NCBI GenBank assembly: GCA_019057815.1
Contig: JAHLWR010000023.1
Span: 1-54,527, forward strand
Direction: 5' to 3'
Source of the DNA: Candidatus Heimdallarchaeota archaeon
GTDB taxonomy: Archaea; Asgardarchaeota; Heimdallarchaeia; Heimdallarchaeales; Heimdallarchaeaceae
Length of the DNA: 54,527 nt
Part shown: in pieces, positions 9,984-19,315 of the stretch
How the letters are laid out: each line of letters starts with the position of its first letter
How positions within the stretch are numbered: position 1 is the stretch's first letter
Translations under genes and position numbers: made by a program
The notes under the pieces: model-generated
The model's input: the letters and a program-made list of their open reading frames with translations, nothing else
What the model was told of the DNA's origin: nothing
Databases searched by the model: none

Positions 9984-11480
9984 TTAAGCTTGTCTAACTA
10001 TATCACCTAATACGTCTTCAGGGTTGTATTTCCACTCTTGAAAGACTGTCTCGTATTTGTCCATAGGTATAGACCATCTTTTGCTATACATCTGATTAAC
10101 AACGAAAATCTTGAGAATATTCTCACTGAAGTCTTCCTCTAATATGTCAATCGCTTCTAGAACTAGGTTTGGTGGAACCCTTAGAACAAAATAATATCCA
10201 GACTTATTATCTGTAAGAAATTGTTCGCTGTAAACTTCAGGAAGGATAGAAAATTTATTGTGATATTCTAGTTGTTTATCATCTGAATTTCGCAAAAAAA
10301 GAACTATATTCGTAAGACTGAAGATATAGGAAGGATTGATTTTATGTGAATAGATATTGCTGTCTTCGAGGTTCTTTATGTGGTTTTTGACTGTCCTTTC
10401 AGAGTATTTGAGGTTATTAGCAATCTGTTTAATTGTCAGATGATTATTATAGAGAATATGATTCAATATTTCTATACCTTCCTTATTTAGATTGATTTTA
10501 TAATCAAGATCATTCGTCTGTGACTGTTGGACAAAAAAAGCTTGTTTGTCTCTAATTTGATTATAAAAACTGAAATGCATCCTGATATCATAAGACTCTA
10601 AATTCCATTCTTTTGATTGTATGTCATAAATTGAATAATTAAAAGACTTCAATCTAGTAGCATTCTTAAACCTTAAAATGAGCGAATCAGCTATCTGAAA
10701 ATCACTTTCGAGATTTTGAACCAATCGATGAAGGTCTCTAGAAACTTCAGGGATAGCAGGAGCAACATATTGGATGAGCAATTTATTGTTGCCTAAATAA
10801 CTCTGGAAAATAGAATGGAGAAAAGGACTGTTAGGTATTTCTTTTAAAATAGCTTCGGACAATGATTTAGAAGATTCAAGGTAGACGCCATATACAGCAA
10901 GATTTAAGCGGGGATAGTTAAGAGAAATTCCTTGAAAGACAATTCCCTTTTCCATTAATCTCCTCTTGTATTTTGATAAGTTTGAGGAATCAATTTCCAA
11001 GTGTTTTAGAAGATTATTGGATTTCAAAGATTGACATTTAAGTGCAGCTAGAAATAAACTAAACTCACGTTTAGATAAAGTAGGTAAAATTTTCGAACAA
11101 TAGTCAAAGAAAATAGAGAAAAAAGTGTTCCAATCAAGAGAATTGGTATCTAATCTATTAAGTTCTAGAAGCTTGTAAGCCAGTTTATTGAAATTATTAT
11201 CAGCAATTAAGGGAATGTAAGAGTAGGGTACTCTATATTGTAAATTCCTGTAAACTCGATTTGTACTTCGTTTTTCCCAAAACTCATTCCATGTAAATTC
11301 GAGAGATTTAATATGTGAAAAATTAGCATATGTTAGAAAACATGCTAGGTCCCAAGCTGGGGAATAAGGTTTGATCTCATACTTAGTTATCAGATTATCA
11401 AAAAAAGGTGATTCCTTTTTGAGTATATTATAAGCTTCTTCGATTATTTCCAACTCAGAAGGTGTAAGTTTTGAAGGCAT
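9984..11480 (-). CDS. Large tandem winged-HTH (Lrp/AsnC-like architecture) transcriptional regulator
   Basis: Two HTH segments: 'LSKREFSLFLAAL..LLKHLEIDSSNLSKYKRRLMEKGIV' and 'LNKEGIEILNHI..TIKQIANNLKYSERTVKNHIKNLE'. Confidence 0.65.
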   Translation of the reverse strand: MPSKLTPSELEIIEEAYNILKKESPFFDNLITKYEIKPYSPAWDLACFLTYANFSHIKSLEFTWNEFWEKRSTNRVYRNLQYRVPYSYIPLIADNNFNKLAYKLLELNRLDTNSLDWNTFFSIFFDYCSKILPTLSKREFSLFLAALKCQSLKSNNLLKHLEIDSSNLSKYKRRLMEKGIVFQGISLNYPRLNLAVYGVYLESSKSLSEAILKEIPNSPFLHSIFQSYLGNNKLLIQYVAPAIPEVSRDLHRLVQNLESDFQIADSLILRFKNATRLKSFNYSIYDIQSKEWNLESYDIRMHFSFYNQIRDKQAFFVQQSQTNDLDYKINLNKEGIEILNHILYNNHLTIKQIANNLKYSERTVKNHIKNLEDSNIYSHKINPSYIFSLTNIVLFLRNSDDKQLEYHNKFSILPEVYSEQFLTDNKSGYYFVLRVPPNLVLEAIDILEEDFSENILKIFVVNQMYSKRWSIPMDKYETVFQEWKYNPEDVLGDIVRQA

Positions 11481-11575
11481 TTATATTGAATCTGAAACAA
11501 ATAATTTAAGTTTTAGCATAAGTATTTGCATGTAGAAGTAGTAAAATTTGAGTTATCCTTTCTTTCACCATTAAA

Positions 11576-11600
11576 GGTAAATGAACATGATTTTTTTACC
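11576..11600 (+). promoter_or_regulatory. 25-bp palindromic operator RGTAA-N15-TTACC (copy 1)
   Basis: GGTAAATGAACATGATTTTTTTACC; same span and ends at 20957-20981 and 25287-25311. Confidence 0.6.
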
Positions 11601-11652
11601 ATTATGAAGCAAAATGAGCAGTTTTATTAAAATTCGAATGATGATAAAAACA

Positions 11653-12378
11653 ATGCTTCAGCTTATAGAATGCACATTAAAACCGGAAGATGATGAGATA
11701 CTAAGCAAAATAGAAAAAGATATGCTAACAACTGATGAGTACTTTATACATAGTAGAGAATTAATGAGTTCATTGCAACGACAATCGGCTAGAACAAAAA
11801 TAAGAACGAATAGACTATCAGAAAATGAGATCAAAAGATTGAATTTCTACTGTTATCCAGCTTACACTCTAGAAAAACCATTGTACCTATCACATAAATA
11901 TGATATAATAACAACTTTGTGTAATCTAAGAGATGAAATTAAAGAAGGAGAAAGCTATATAACAAGAATAACAGAGAATCAAAAAATTCTACAAGATTCT
12001 GTTATTTTTAGATTCTATGTCTTATGTAAAGAAGAAGGAATCTGTCTGCCAGAAAATCTATACTTAGATGAGAAACAGACGTTTTGCTCCCTAAAGATAA
12101 AAGAAATTATCATAGATGAAGTAGTTCTAGAACCAGAATATGCAATAAAGTATAACGTTCCTGTGGTATTAGGTGATTATGACAATGGAAGAAGTATAGA
12201 AAAGGGTAAAGTACATTTCATGAAACCATCTCCTATTGTAACAGAAGTAGTTGGTAAGTTACCATACATTAGAGGAAAAGAAGAGAATACAAAAAGAAGT
12301 GTAAAGATACCTCTACCAGAACATTTCATAGATTGTTGGAAAATCACGAGAGAAGAGGAAAGTAATATTAAAAACTGA
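11653..12378 (+). CDS. Orphan, divergent type I-D Cas5 (Csc1)-like RAMP protein
   Basis: Colinear by-eye resemblance to Csc1: LIECTL/IHSRELMSSL/YCYPA/FRFYV/LPENLYL/MKPSPIV/VKIP versus recalled YRCQL/IHNYALCYAL/YVTPA/FEFFI/LPKWIRLG/MPPVSLI/VKIP; ATG 11653 fits TATA ~11622-11631 (ORF track start is 11614). Confidence 0.6.
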   Translation: MLQLIECTLKPEDDEILSKIEKDMLTTDEYFIHSRELMSSLQRQSARTKIRTNRLSENEIKRLNFYCYPAYTLEKPLYLSHKYDIITTLCNLRDEIKEGESYITRITENQKILQDSVIFRFYVLCKEEGICLPENLYLDEKQTFCSLKIKEIIIDEVVLEPEYAIKYNVPVVLGDYDNGRSIEKGKVHFMKPSPIVTEVVGKLPYIRGKEENTKRSVKIPLPEHFIDCWKITREEESNIKN

Positions 12379-12529
12379 TTCAAATTGTTCGAGCTCTAAG
12401 GGAAATGTTGGTAATAAGCAAGGATTGAAACAAGTAGATGATGGATTTAGAAATAGTTATTTTACAAGAAGATTGGTAATAAAGGTAAAAACTATTGGAA
12501 TTGTACCTTAAAAGAAATTTATTTAGTTC

Positions 12530-12575
12530 AGAAAATGTCTTGACTGAAAGGAGTAAGTCAACCTTCAACTAATGA
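12530..12575 (+). pseudogene. Decayed remnant of a cas4 3' end
   Basis: AGAAAATGTCTTGACTG...GTCAACCTTCAACTAATGAATTTGC mirrors the cas4 end AGAAAATGTGTTGACTG...GTCAACCAAGCAACTATTAATTTGC (~29195-29253). Confidence 0.55.
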
Positions 12576-12673
12576 ATTTGCATATCTTTATAAAGGATTT
12601 TCAAATCGAAGATATGCAACAAAAGAGAAAATAAGATCGAGTCTAATAGAGAAAAACACGAGAAATAGGCTCG
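12575..12673 (+). promoter_or_regulatory. CRISPR leader 1
   Basis: Near-identical to 29247-29346; TTTATAAA TATA box inside an 11-bp inverted repeat. Confidence 0.88.
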
Positions 12674-14147
12674 GTTGCAAATCGTATCTCAAATACTAGA
12701 GAATTGAAATACTCACCGTGTATTCTTTCATATATCCTTTTCCAGTTTGAGTTGCAAATCGTATCTCAAATACTAGAGAATTGAAATACGTAGGAGGTAA
12801 AAATTATCAGACGTCTGATAATTGAGTTGCAAATCGTATCTCAAATACTAGAGAATTGAAATCGTTGATCCATTTCGGATTTATGACCTTCTATCATGGC
12901 AGGTTGCAAATCGTATCTCAAATACTAGAGAATTGAAATATCTTGAGCAAAGAAAGCCCCTATATCCAAACTAAAAGTTGCAAATCGTATCTCAAATACT
13001 AGAGAATTGAAATTCTTAAGAGTTCTAAAGGGCAAATGATAACTATGGATAGTTGCAAATCGTATCTCAAATACTAGAGAATTGAAATCAAATAGACTGG
13101 GCACAAGTAAGGAAAGAAGCAGATAAAAGTTGCAAATCGTATCTCAAATACTAGAGAATTGAAATGAAGTAAGCGAAGAGAGTTACGGCGCGGTAGCGAA
13201 AGTAAGTTGCAAATCGTATCTCAAATACTAGAGAATTGAAATTTAATATAAAGTTTCTTGCCCCCTTTAGTTGTTGGTAAGGTTGCAAATCGTATCTCAA
13301 ATACTAGAGAATTGAAATTAAGGGCGCAAGCGTTCTGCTCTGGTGAGAACCTCACTACGTTGCAAATCGTATCTCAAATACTAGAGAATTGAAATATTAG
13401 AGCGCTAAACTCTGGATTACCCGATAATTCTTGTTGCAAATCGTATCTCAAATACTAGAGAATTGAAATAGCAAGTGTTTCTGTATCTCCTTCCTCAAAG
13501 TCCCAAGCGTTGCAAATCGTATCTCAAATACTAGAGAATTGAAATCTTACGAAAAGCGTAATAATACCTTACGACCAGATTTATGTTGCAAATCGTATCT
13601 CAAATACTAGAGAATTGAAATTAAGTTTAGCCCTAAAACGTGAATAATAAGTCTTGATTTTGTTGCAAATCGTATCTCAAATACTAGAGAATTGAAATCT
13701 TTAAAAGATCTGTCAAACCAACAGTGAGTATATTAGTTGCAAATCGTATCTCAAATACTAGAGAATTGAAATATCGTTGAAGCACTTGTAGCCAAAAAGA
13801 AAGAACTTTTGTTGCAAATCGTATCTCAAATACTAGAGAATTGAAATACAATGGACTCATGTTGGATTGGATAAGGTGGGGGTGTGTTGCAAATCGTATC
13901 TCAAATACTAGAGAATTGAAATATACGAAAAAAGTCCAGTTGCTGAACCTGCAGCATTGTTGCAAATCGTATCTCAAATACTAGAGAATTGAAATTCGTA
14001 GGAGGAAAAACAGATGAGCACCAAAAAGAAGAAGTTGCAAATCGTATCTCAAATACTAGAGAATTGAATTTTTCTGGGGGGGGAAATCTGTAATGCTTGG
14101 GGCTGTGAAAGTTGCAAATCGTATCTCAAATACTAGAGAATTGAAAT
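12674..14147 (+). CRISPR. CRISPR array 1: 20 repeats GTTGCAAATCGTATCTCAAATACTAGAGAATTGAAAT, 19 spacers
   Basis: Counted directly; spacers ~36-40 nt; orientation from leader and ATTGAAAT 3' end. Confidence 0.98.
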
Positions 14148-14263
14148 ATATTGTGAGAAAATAAGTGAAATTAGAAGAAAAATAGGTGCATAAAATTCTA
14201 GGAATTTTTATCGATAATTCCTATTCTCTAAAGGTTTACTACACAATTTTCTTGTAAAAACTG

Positions 14264-14297
14264 AAAGTATCTTCCATTAATAGAAGATGCTTTTTTT
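14264..14297 (+). terminator. Hairpin + T7 tract, probable array-1 terminator
   Basis: AAAGTATCTTC-cattaata-GAAGATGCTTT running into a T7 tract. Confidence 0.5.
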
Positions 14298-14405
14298 CTA
14301 GTAAAAAGGCTTGAAATCATAACATTTCTCATATTTAGTAATTTTCAATGTAGAAGATATCCCCAATTCATCTTCTGTTTAATGTTTAACTGGAGGTGAA
14401 AAAAA

Positions 14406-14459
14406 GTGTCAGGACCCCCAGTTTGGCCACCAAATGATCCAGAACCATGGCCACCTTAA
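14406..14459 (+). CDS. Micro-ORF MSGPPVWPPNDPEPWPP (17 aa), candidate CreT-like or ribosome-stalling peptide
   Basis: GGAGGTGA SD at 14392-14399, 6-nt spacing, GTG start, TAA stop inside inverted repeat CCTTAAA/TTTAAGG; GC-rich island in AT-rich intergenic DNA. Confidence 0.55.
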   Translation: MSGPPVWPPNDPEPWPP

Positions 14460-14490
14460 AATTTAAGGCTAAAACATTGAAGCAATTGCA

Positions 14491-17124
14491 TCATTCTCTT
14501 TTTATTTTTTTTGATTTTTTGATTTGGCAAATATTCAAACCACCATTATCTTGATAAATCCACTCTTCTCCTTCTAAAAATATCCCCCAAACTCTATCAA
14601 AACCTCTATCTTTTAGAACTTGTAGACGATTCTTATTGTTTAGTGCTCTTTGCAATTGTTTCAATAAAGTTGTTGAAATCGCAATTGACTGTTCTCTAAA
14701 TTGACGAATAAATTGAAGGTTTTTCCCTGTGTCTAATTCTCTATAGAAGTTTAGGAAGTCTTTTTTAGATTTAAAAATTAACATAGTTTCCTTTACAGAC
14801 TCCTCAATTAATTGAAAAACGTTTTCAAGGCTTTCAATTCTAGTTGCTTTAAGTTCCTCTATTCCCTTTGATGTATCTTTTTTCTTTCCTATTAAAGAGA
14901 GTTCATTGAAATAATCTTGAATTATGCTTCCTAAATCTTTTTCATCAAATTGACTTGATTTCTCGAAAATCTTTTTTGTTTGTTCTATAAGTACTGGATC
15001 ATATATCATTCTGTGATAGGTTACATGCTCTGATTCTGGAATAGTTAATTCCCTAACATAAACAATACCTTTCTTTATATTATGTCTGTTACATCTCCCA
15101 GCTACCTGAATGATTGAATCTAGAGGTGCTAAATCTCTAAAAACATAATCAAAGGATGCATCTACTCCAGCTTCAATGACTTGAGTGCAAACTAAAATTA
15201 TTTTATGCTCTTTTTCTGTTATTTCTTTGATTATTTTCTTTCTATCTTTATAGCTAACAATTGAAGAGAGGAAAAGAATGGTCCTATCGTCAACTGTATC
15301 GATTAAATAATCAAAAAGCTGTCTTGCGCTTTCTTTTGTATTCAAAACAAACATAATTGAGCTGTCAGGATGGTCTTTAACATAAACTTCAGCTTCTGCT
15401 GCAAAATTGTTTAATGTAATCTTGTCTTTTAAGAAATTGATTTCATATCTATTAATACTCTGAGATGAATTATCTGTGTTTATCTCATAGCACTTGCTAA
15501 TCCACTTATTCCAATCGTAAGGAAAGGTTATTGCTTTTGGATATGTTGCACTACCAATTATAACATAACAACTATGAAAAATTGCAAGATGATGTATCAA
15601 TGTTGATATTAATTGCCAGTATTTAACAGGAATTCCTTGTATTTCATCAAAAATTATTATTGAATTTGTTAAACGATGAAATCTGAGATAATGTCTTTTC
15701 TTCCCGCCAAGAATTGAATTCCAGAATGAAACAAAAGTTGTAACAATAACATTAGATTTCCACAGAAATATAAAATCCCTACTTCTCTTGAAGTTTAATT
15801 CCTCACCTTCTTCCTCAAGATAATAACTAAATTCCGCTTCTGCTAAGTGATGGTGGATTGTAAGTAAATCTGTTTGTTTGTGTTTATATTCTTCCTGTAT
15901 TTCCATAGATTTTTCACACAATAATATCTTTGAAAGCTCATCTCCTACTTGATCTGTAATTGAAATGAATGGAAGAGAATAGATAATTCTGGGAATTATT
16001 CCTGTTTTGTTCTCGATTTCTTCTCGGAGTTTCATAGCTATATTCAAATAAGCTAAAGTTTTACCAGAACCTGTGGGATAAGAAATTGTAATGATTTTTT
16101 CATCACTGATATTTTGGTCAAGTAATTCTGTCTCCTCCCATAGTTCTTGTTTTATCTTAAGCAAAGGGTCAGTTTCGTTACAAGTTATTGGTTTGTGTTC
16201 TTGTTCTCTATATTTTCTGACAATATTACCACTAATATGAAATTTCTTCTCGTCAAAAAGAAAATCATGGTTATGAGTATCCGCTATATGTGATTTGGCA
16301 TCCCATTCATCACTATCACACAGAATTGAGTAGTAATTAAGAATTAAAGAAAAGAGTCGTAGGTCTGTGTTTTTCTTCTCCCATAAATCTTCAATATCAA
16401 ATAAAATAAATTCTAATTCATCAATGTCTGATAATTCGTTGAAAACCGTAAATGCTTTTTTGAAAGAATTAGAAAGAACTCGTCTCTTACTGAATAATGA
16501 TTTAAAGTAACAAAGTATTAAATCAGGATATTTGCAGTTAGAGGGGTCAAAATCAGAGAAATCTGAAAAATCAATATTTTCAAAGTTAGGATAATTGACA
16601 TAATAATCTTGTATTTTAGTGATTATGTTTTTAAACACTGAGCGTGTAAAACCCATACCCTTTTCTTTGATCATTGTACTATCTAAACAGTTAACTAGTA
16701 CACCCCTATTATGATGATTAAGAATACTAAATACTATAGCCAATAAATGTAAATCAAAGATATTTGAGTTTCTTTCATCTCTTTTATATACCTCTTCTAG
16801 ATAGCAAGATACGAACAACCAAGCAAAAACAGCACCTATCTGAGTATGATAGCTATGTGAGGTCTGCTCATGAATATTTAAGGATGGATTAACTTTACTC
16901 TGGAAAAAAGGATTTATCTTTCCAATATCGTGGGATATGGCTAGAATTAACATTAAATCTTCTTGAATTTGAGAATCAAACGAGAATAACGAAGATGAAA
17001 GTAAACTCTTCTTTTGCGTGTTTTTCTGTAACTCAATCCAGATATTTTCTATATGTCTAACCAAACTCTGGTTTGGCCTTGCATATAAAAAGAACGAAGG
17101 TTTGCTTATTGTTTTTTGATTCAA
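14491..17124 (-). CDS. cas3: CRISPR-associated helicase/HD nuclease Cas3
   Basis: HDIGK HD motif, PTGSGKT, FDEIQ, SAT, TQVIEAGVD, QVAGRCNR. Confidence 0.96.
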   Translation of the reverse strand: MNQKTISKPSFFLYARPNQSLVRHIENIWIELQKNTQKKSLLSSSLFSFDSQIQEDLMLILAISHDIGKINPFFQSKVNPSLNIHEQTSHSYHTQIGAVFAWLFVSCYLEEVYKRDERNSNIFDLHLLAIVFSILNHHNRGVLVNCLDSTMIKEKGMGFTRSVFKNIITKIQDYYVNYPNFENIDFSDFSDFDPSNCKYPDLILCYFKSLFSKRRVLSNSFKKAFTVFNELSDIDELEFILFDIEDLWEKKNTDLRLFSLILNYYSILCDSDEWDAKSHIADTHNHDFLFDEKKFHISGNIVRKYREQEHKPITCNETDPLLKIKQELWEETELLDQNISDEKIITISYPTGSGKTLAYLNIAMKLREEIENKTGIIPRIIYSLPFISITDQVGDELSKILLCEKSMEIQEEYKHKQTDLLTIHHHLAEAEFSYYLEEEGEELNFKRSRDFIFLWKSNVIVTTFVSFWNSILGGKKRHYLRFHRLTNSIIIFDEIQGIPVKYWQLISTLIHHLAIFHSCYVIIGSATYPKAITFPYDWNKWISKCYEINTDNSSQSINRYEINFLKDKITLNNFAAEAEVYVKDHPDSSIMFVLNTKESARQLFDYLIDTVDDRTILFLSSIVSYKDRKKIIKEITEKEHKIILVCTQVIEAGVDASFDYVFRDLAPLDSIIQVAGRCNRHNIKKGIVYVRELTIPESEHVTYHRMIYDPVLIEQTKKIFEKSSQFDEKDLGSIIQDYFNELSLIGKKKDTSKGIEELKATRIESLENVFQLIEESVKETMLIFKSKKDFLNFYRELDTGKNLQFIRQFREQSIAISTTLLKQLQRALNNKNRLQVLKDRGFDRVWGIFLEGEEWIYQDNGGLNICQIKKSKKIKRE

Positions 17125-17136
17125 TGAATTCCCTCA

Positions 17137-17922
17137 TTATAGAAAAACAATATTTTCTTCTTTGTCATTTATTTGGTATTTGAAAACTCGATTGTTTTTG
17201 AAAGATAATTTAATTCCATCTTCTATATCAGTTTCCTTGAATATTATGTTGACTGTCTTTTCTAAAGAAATTAGTGAATTCTCATATTTTAGAGTGTGAG
17301 GGATGTTATAAATAATTGTAAAACCAAAAATATCTGTATCGATGTCGTCTCCTACAGCTTCTGTACTTATGATTGAGTGAACTTCATGAATACCTGAATC
17401 TTGTCTTATACTTTTGTAATTTCCAATAAAATGGATTTCTGCTAACATATTTGCATGTCCTAAATATGGTGGATAACAGTATTTGTTGTTAGTCAATCGT
17501 TCTTCGAGATCTTCCATTATCTGTAAGTCTTTACAATAAAAATACACCCGAAATTTAACATTTCTCAAGATGTTTAGAAATATTTGAGCGTTGAATCCTC
17601 TAGAGTCCGAGGTTTTAACTCCAAGAGGATCCCCTGGCATTATTATTCTTAATCTATTAGGAAGACTCAAGGTAGTCTTAGTTTGGAGATAGTTAACAAG
17701 CATCTTAGATCTCCAAATAGGATTAAGAATTCTAATAGAAACCATTGAGTTTTTATAATCTTCATTTGACCAATATTCATTTCGTTCAAGCCCAAGAACA
17801 GCTCCTGTAAGTCCTAGAATGACTGTTCTAGAGGGGAAAGGGTAGCTTATGTTTTCACGGGTTGTATCATAAGCTCTGAAATGTGCAAAGTTACCGGACA
17901 CATCAAAAACTATGGTTTCCAT
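17137..17922 (-). CDS. cas5: Type I-B Cas5
   Basis: 'FDVSGNFAHFR..SYPFPSRTVILGLTGAVLG', 'PYLG'. Confidence 0.93.
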   Translation of the reverse strand: METIVFDVSGNFAHFRAYDTTRENISYPFPSRTVILGLTGAVLGLERNEYWSNEDYKNSMVSIRILNPIWRSKMLVNYLQTKTTLSLPNRLRIIMPGDPLGVKTSDSRGFNAQIFLNILRNVKFRVYFYCKDLQIMEDLEERLTNNKYCYPPYLGHANMLAEIHFIGNYKSIRQDSGIHEVHSIISTEAVGDDIDTDIFGFTIIYNIPHTLKYENSLISLEKTVNIIFKETDIEDGIKLSFKNNRVFKYQINDKEENIVFL

Positions 17923-17933
17923 GAGATCACTCT

Positions 17934-18869
17934 TTATAGATCTTTTACCCTAAAACCATTTTCTTCTAACACAGTTTTCATGCTGTTATATTCTTTATCA
18001 CTGTATAGTAGGACAAGATCATTGGTCTCTTTAAGTTCTATTAACTCAATTTGGTCTTGATATAGTTTTAGAGTGTTAATGAACTCATCAATGCAGAGAT
18101 TGGCTTCTTCAGGTCCATTGATGTCTTCTTCTTTAGACAGTTTAAGTTTGTTTTCTAATCCGCCAATTTGGAACTCCTTTTCCTTTGAGACTACTGATAG
18201 AAGTAATCGTGGATTATGGTTAAACTTGGATCTTGTGTTTATTTGTTTTGTACCAAACCACATAGCATTATACAGATGTGTTAAATCTTCCTCACTAAAC
18301 AAAGTTTTTTCGCTATTGTATTCACAAGCGATTCCATGAAAGAGTATCATAGAATAATCTACGTAATGAAATTGTCCCATAGATCCAGCTCCTTGTTCAC
18401 CAGTTGAGGATAAAACAGTGGTTATGCCCATGGTGTTCAGCTCAGGTTTGTTTAGCGACTTGCCAATTCCAAATTGCGTTGGACCAGTGATAGAAACATT
18501 TGCTTTTGGAAGAGTTATAGCTGCACCAAAGGTTCGAACATCTATATATCTTTCAGGTGCCAATCGAATTAATTCATCTCTAGTGAGTTTTTTTGTTTCT
18601 GTAATTCCAAATTCTTTAGATACAATGTCTCTCATGCTCATAACAGTTTGCTGGTCGTCTTTGAATTGTTGTCTAATTAAGACTCTCAGATTATCATCTT
18701 TTTGTGATATCCAAAAATCTCTAATCGTTCTTTTCAATCTAAGATCAGTGACAAGATTATAACCTTGTTCATCCATTCGAGGTCTGTTACCATCATCTGG
18801 ATCACCATTAGGATTTGATCGAGTCACATCATAGATAAACAATATTTCTCTTCTATTCTGTAATAACAT
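17934..18869 (-). CDS. cas7: Type I-B Cas7 (Csh2 family)
   Basis: 'SNPNGDPDDGNRPRMD', 'DLRLKRTIRD', 'DVRTFGA', 'TGPTQFG'; ATG 18869 follows AGGTGA SD. Confidence 0.95.
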   Translation of the reverse strand: MLLQNRREILFIYDVTRSNPNGDPDDGNRPRMDEQGYNLVTDLRLKRTIRDFWISQKDDNLRVLIRQQFKDDQQTVMSMRDIVSKEFGITETKKLTRDELIRLAPERYIDVRTFGAAITLPKANVSITGPTQFGIGKSLNKPELNTMGITTVLSSTGEQGAGSMGQFHYVDYSMILFHGIACEYNSEKTLFSEEDLTHLYNAMWFGTKQINTRSKFNHNPRLLLSVVSKEKEFQIGGLENKLKLSKEEDINGPEEANLCIDEFINTLKLYQDQIELIELKETNDLVLLYSDKEYNSMKTVLEENGFRVKDL

Positions 18870-19311
18870 TTTTTTCACCTTCTATACTTTTCTTATCAAT
18901 TTTAACAAAATATGAAAATCCCATCATAAAAGCAAGCGACAATTCATCATAAGTACTTTCCCAATTGTCCTTGCTTATTAGTTCACTAATCTGGTTCCTA
19001 AGAAATGCTCCAGTTTGCTTTGTCTCCTTATTCTTTGATATTAGTCTTTTAACTACCGAATTGCATTTATCTAGGATTTTCAGTAGTTGCTCTCTATTTA
19101 ATCTCTGAGTGTACATAGGAAGTTTTGTATATAGACTAGTTGTTCGGAGAACTGTTTTTTCTTTTGATGCTAAGTAACCGTAGTATCTCCCAATTAAGAA
19201 AGATATTTTTCGATCATCTTTGTCAAAAAATTCTCTTTGAAGATATTCAGCTTCTTTGCTCTCTCTTTTCTTTTTATTTAAATCCTCTATATTCTTTTCA
19301 TTTATGACCAT
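18853..19311 (-). CDS. Cas11-like small subunit (equivalent to the C-terminal domain of Cas8b), separately encoded
   Basis: Alpha-helical; 'SFLIGRY' and terminal 'LAFMMGF' resemble the Cas8b/TM1802 C-terminus; lies between cas8 and cas7. Confidence 0.7.
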   Translation of the reverse strand: MVINEKNIEDLNKKKRESKEAEYLQREFFDKDDRKISFLIGRYYGYLASKEKTVLRTTSLYTKLPMYTQRLNREQLLKILDKCNSVVKRLISKNKETKQTGAFLRNQISELISKDNWESTYDELSLAFMMGFSYFVKIDKKSIEGEKNVITE

Positions 19312-19315
19312 TTTT

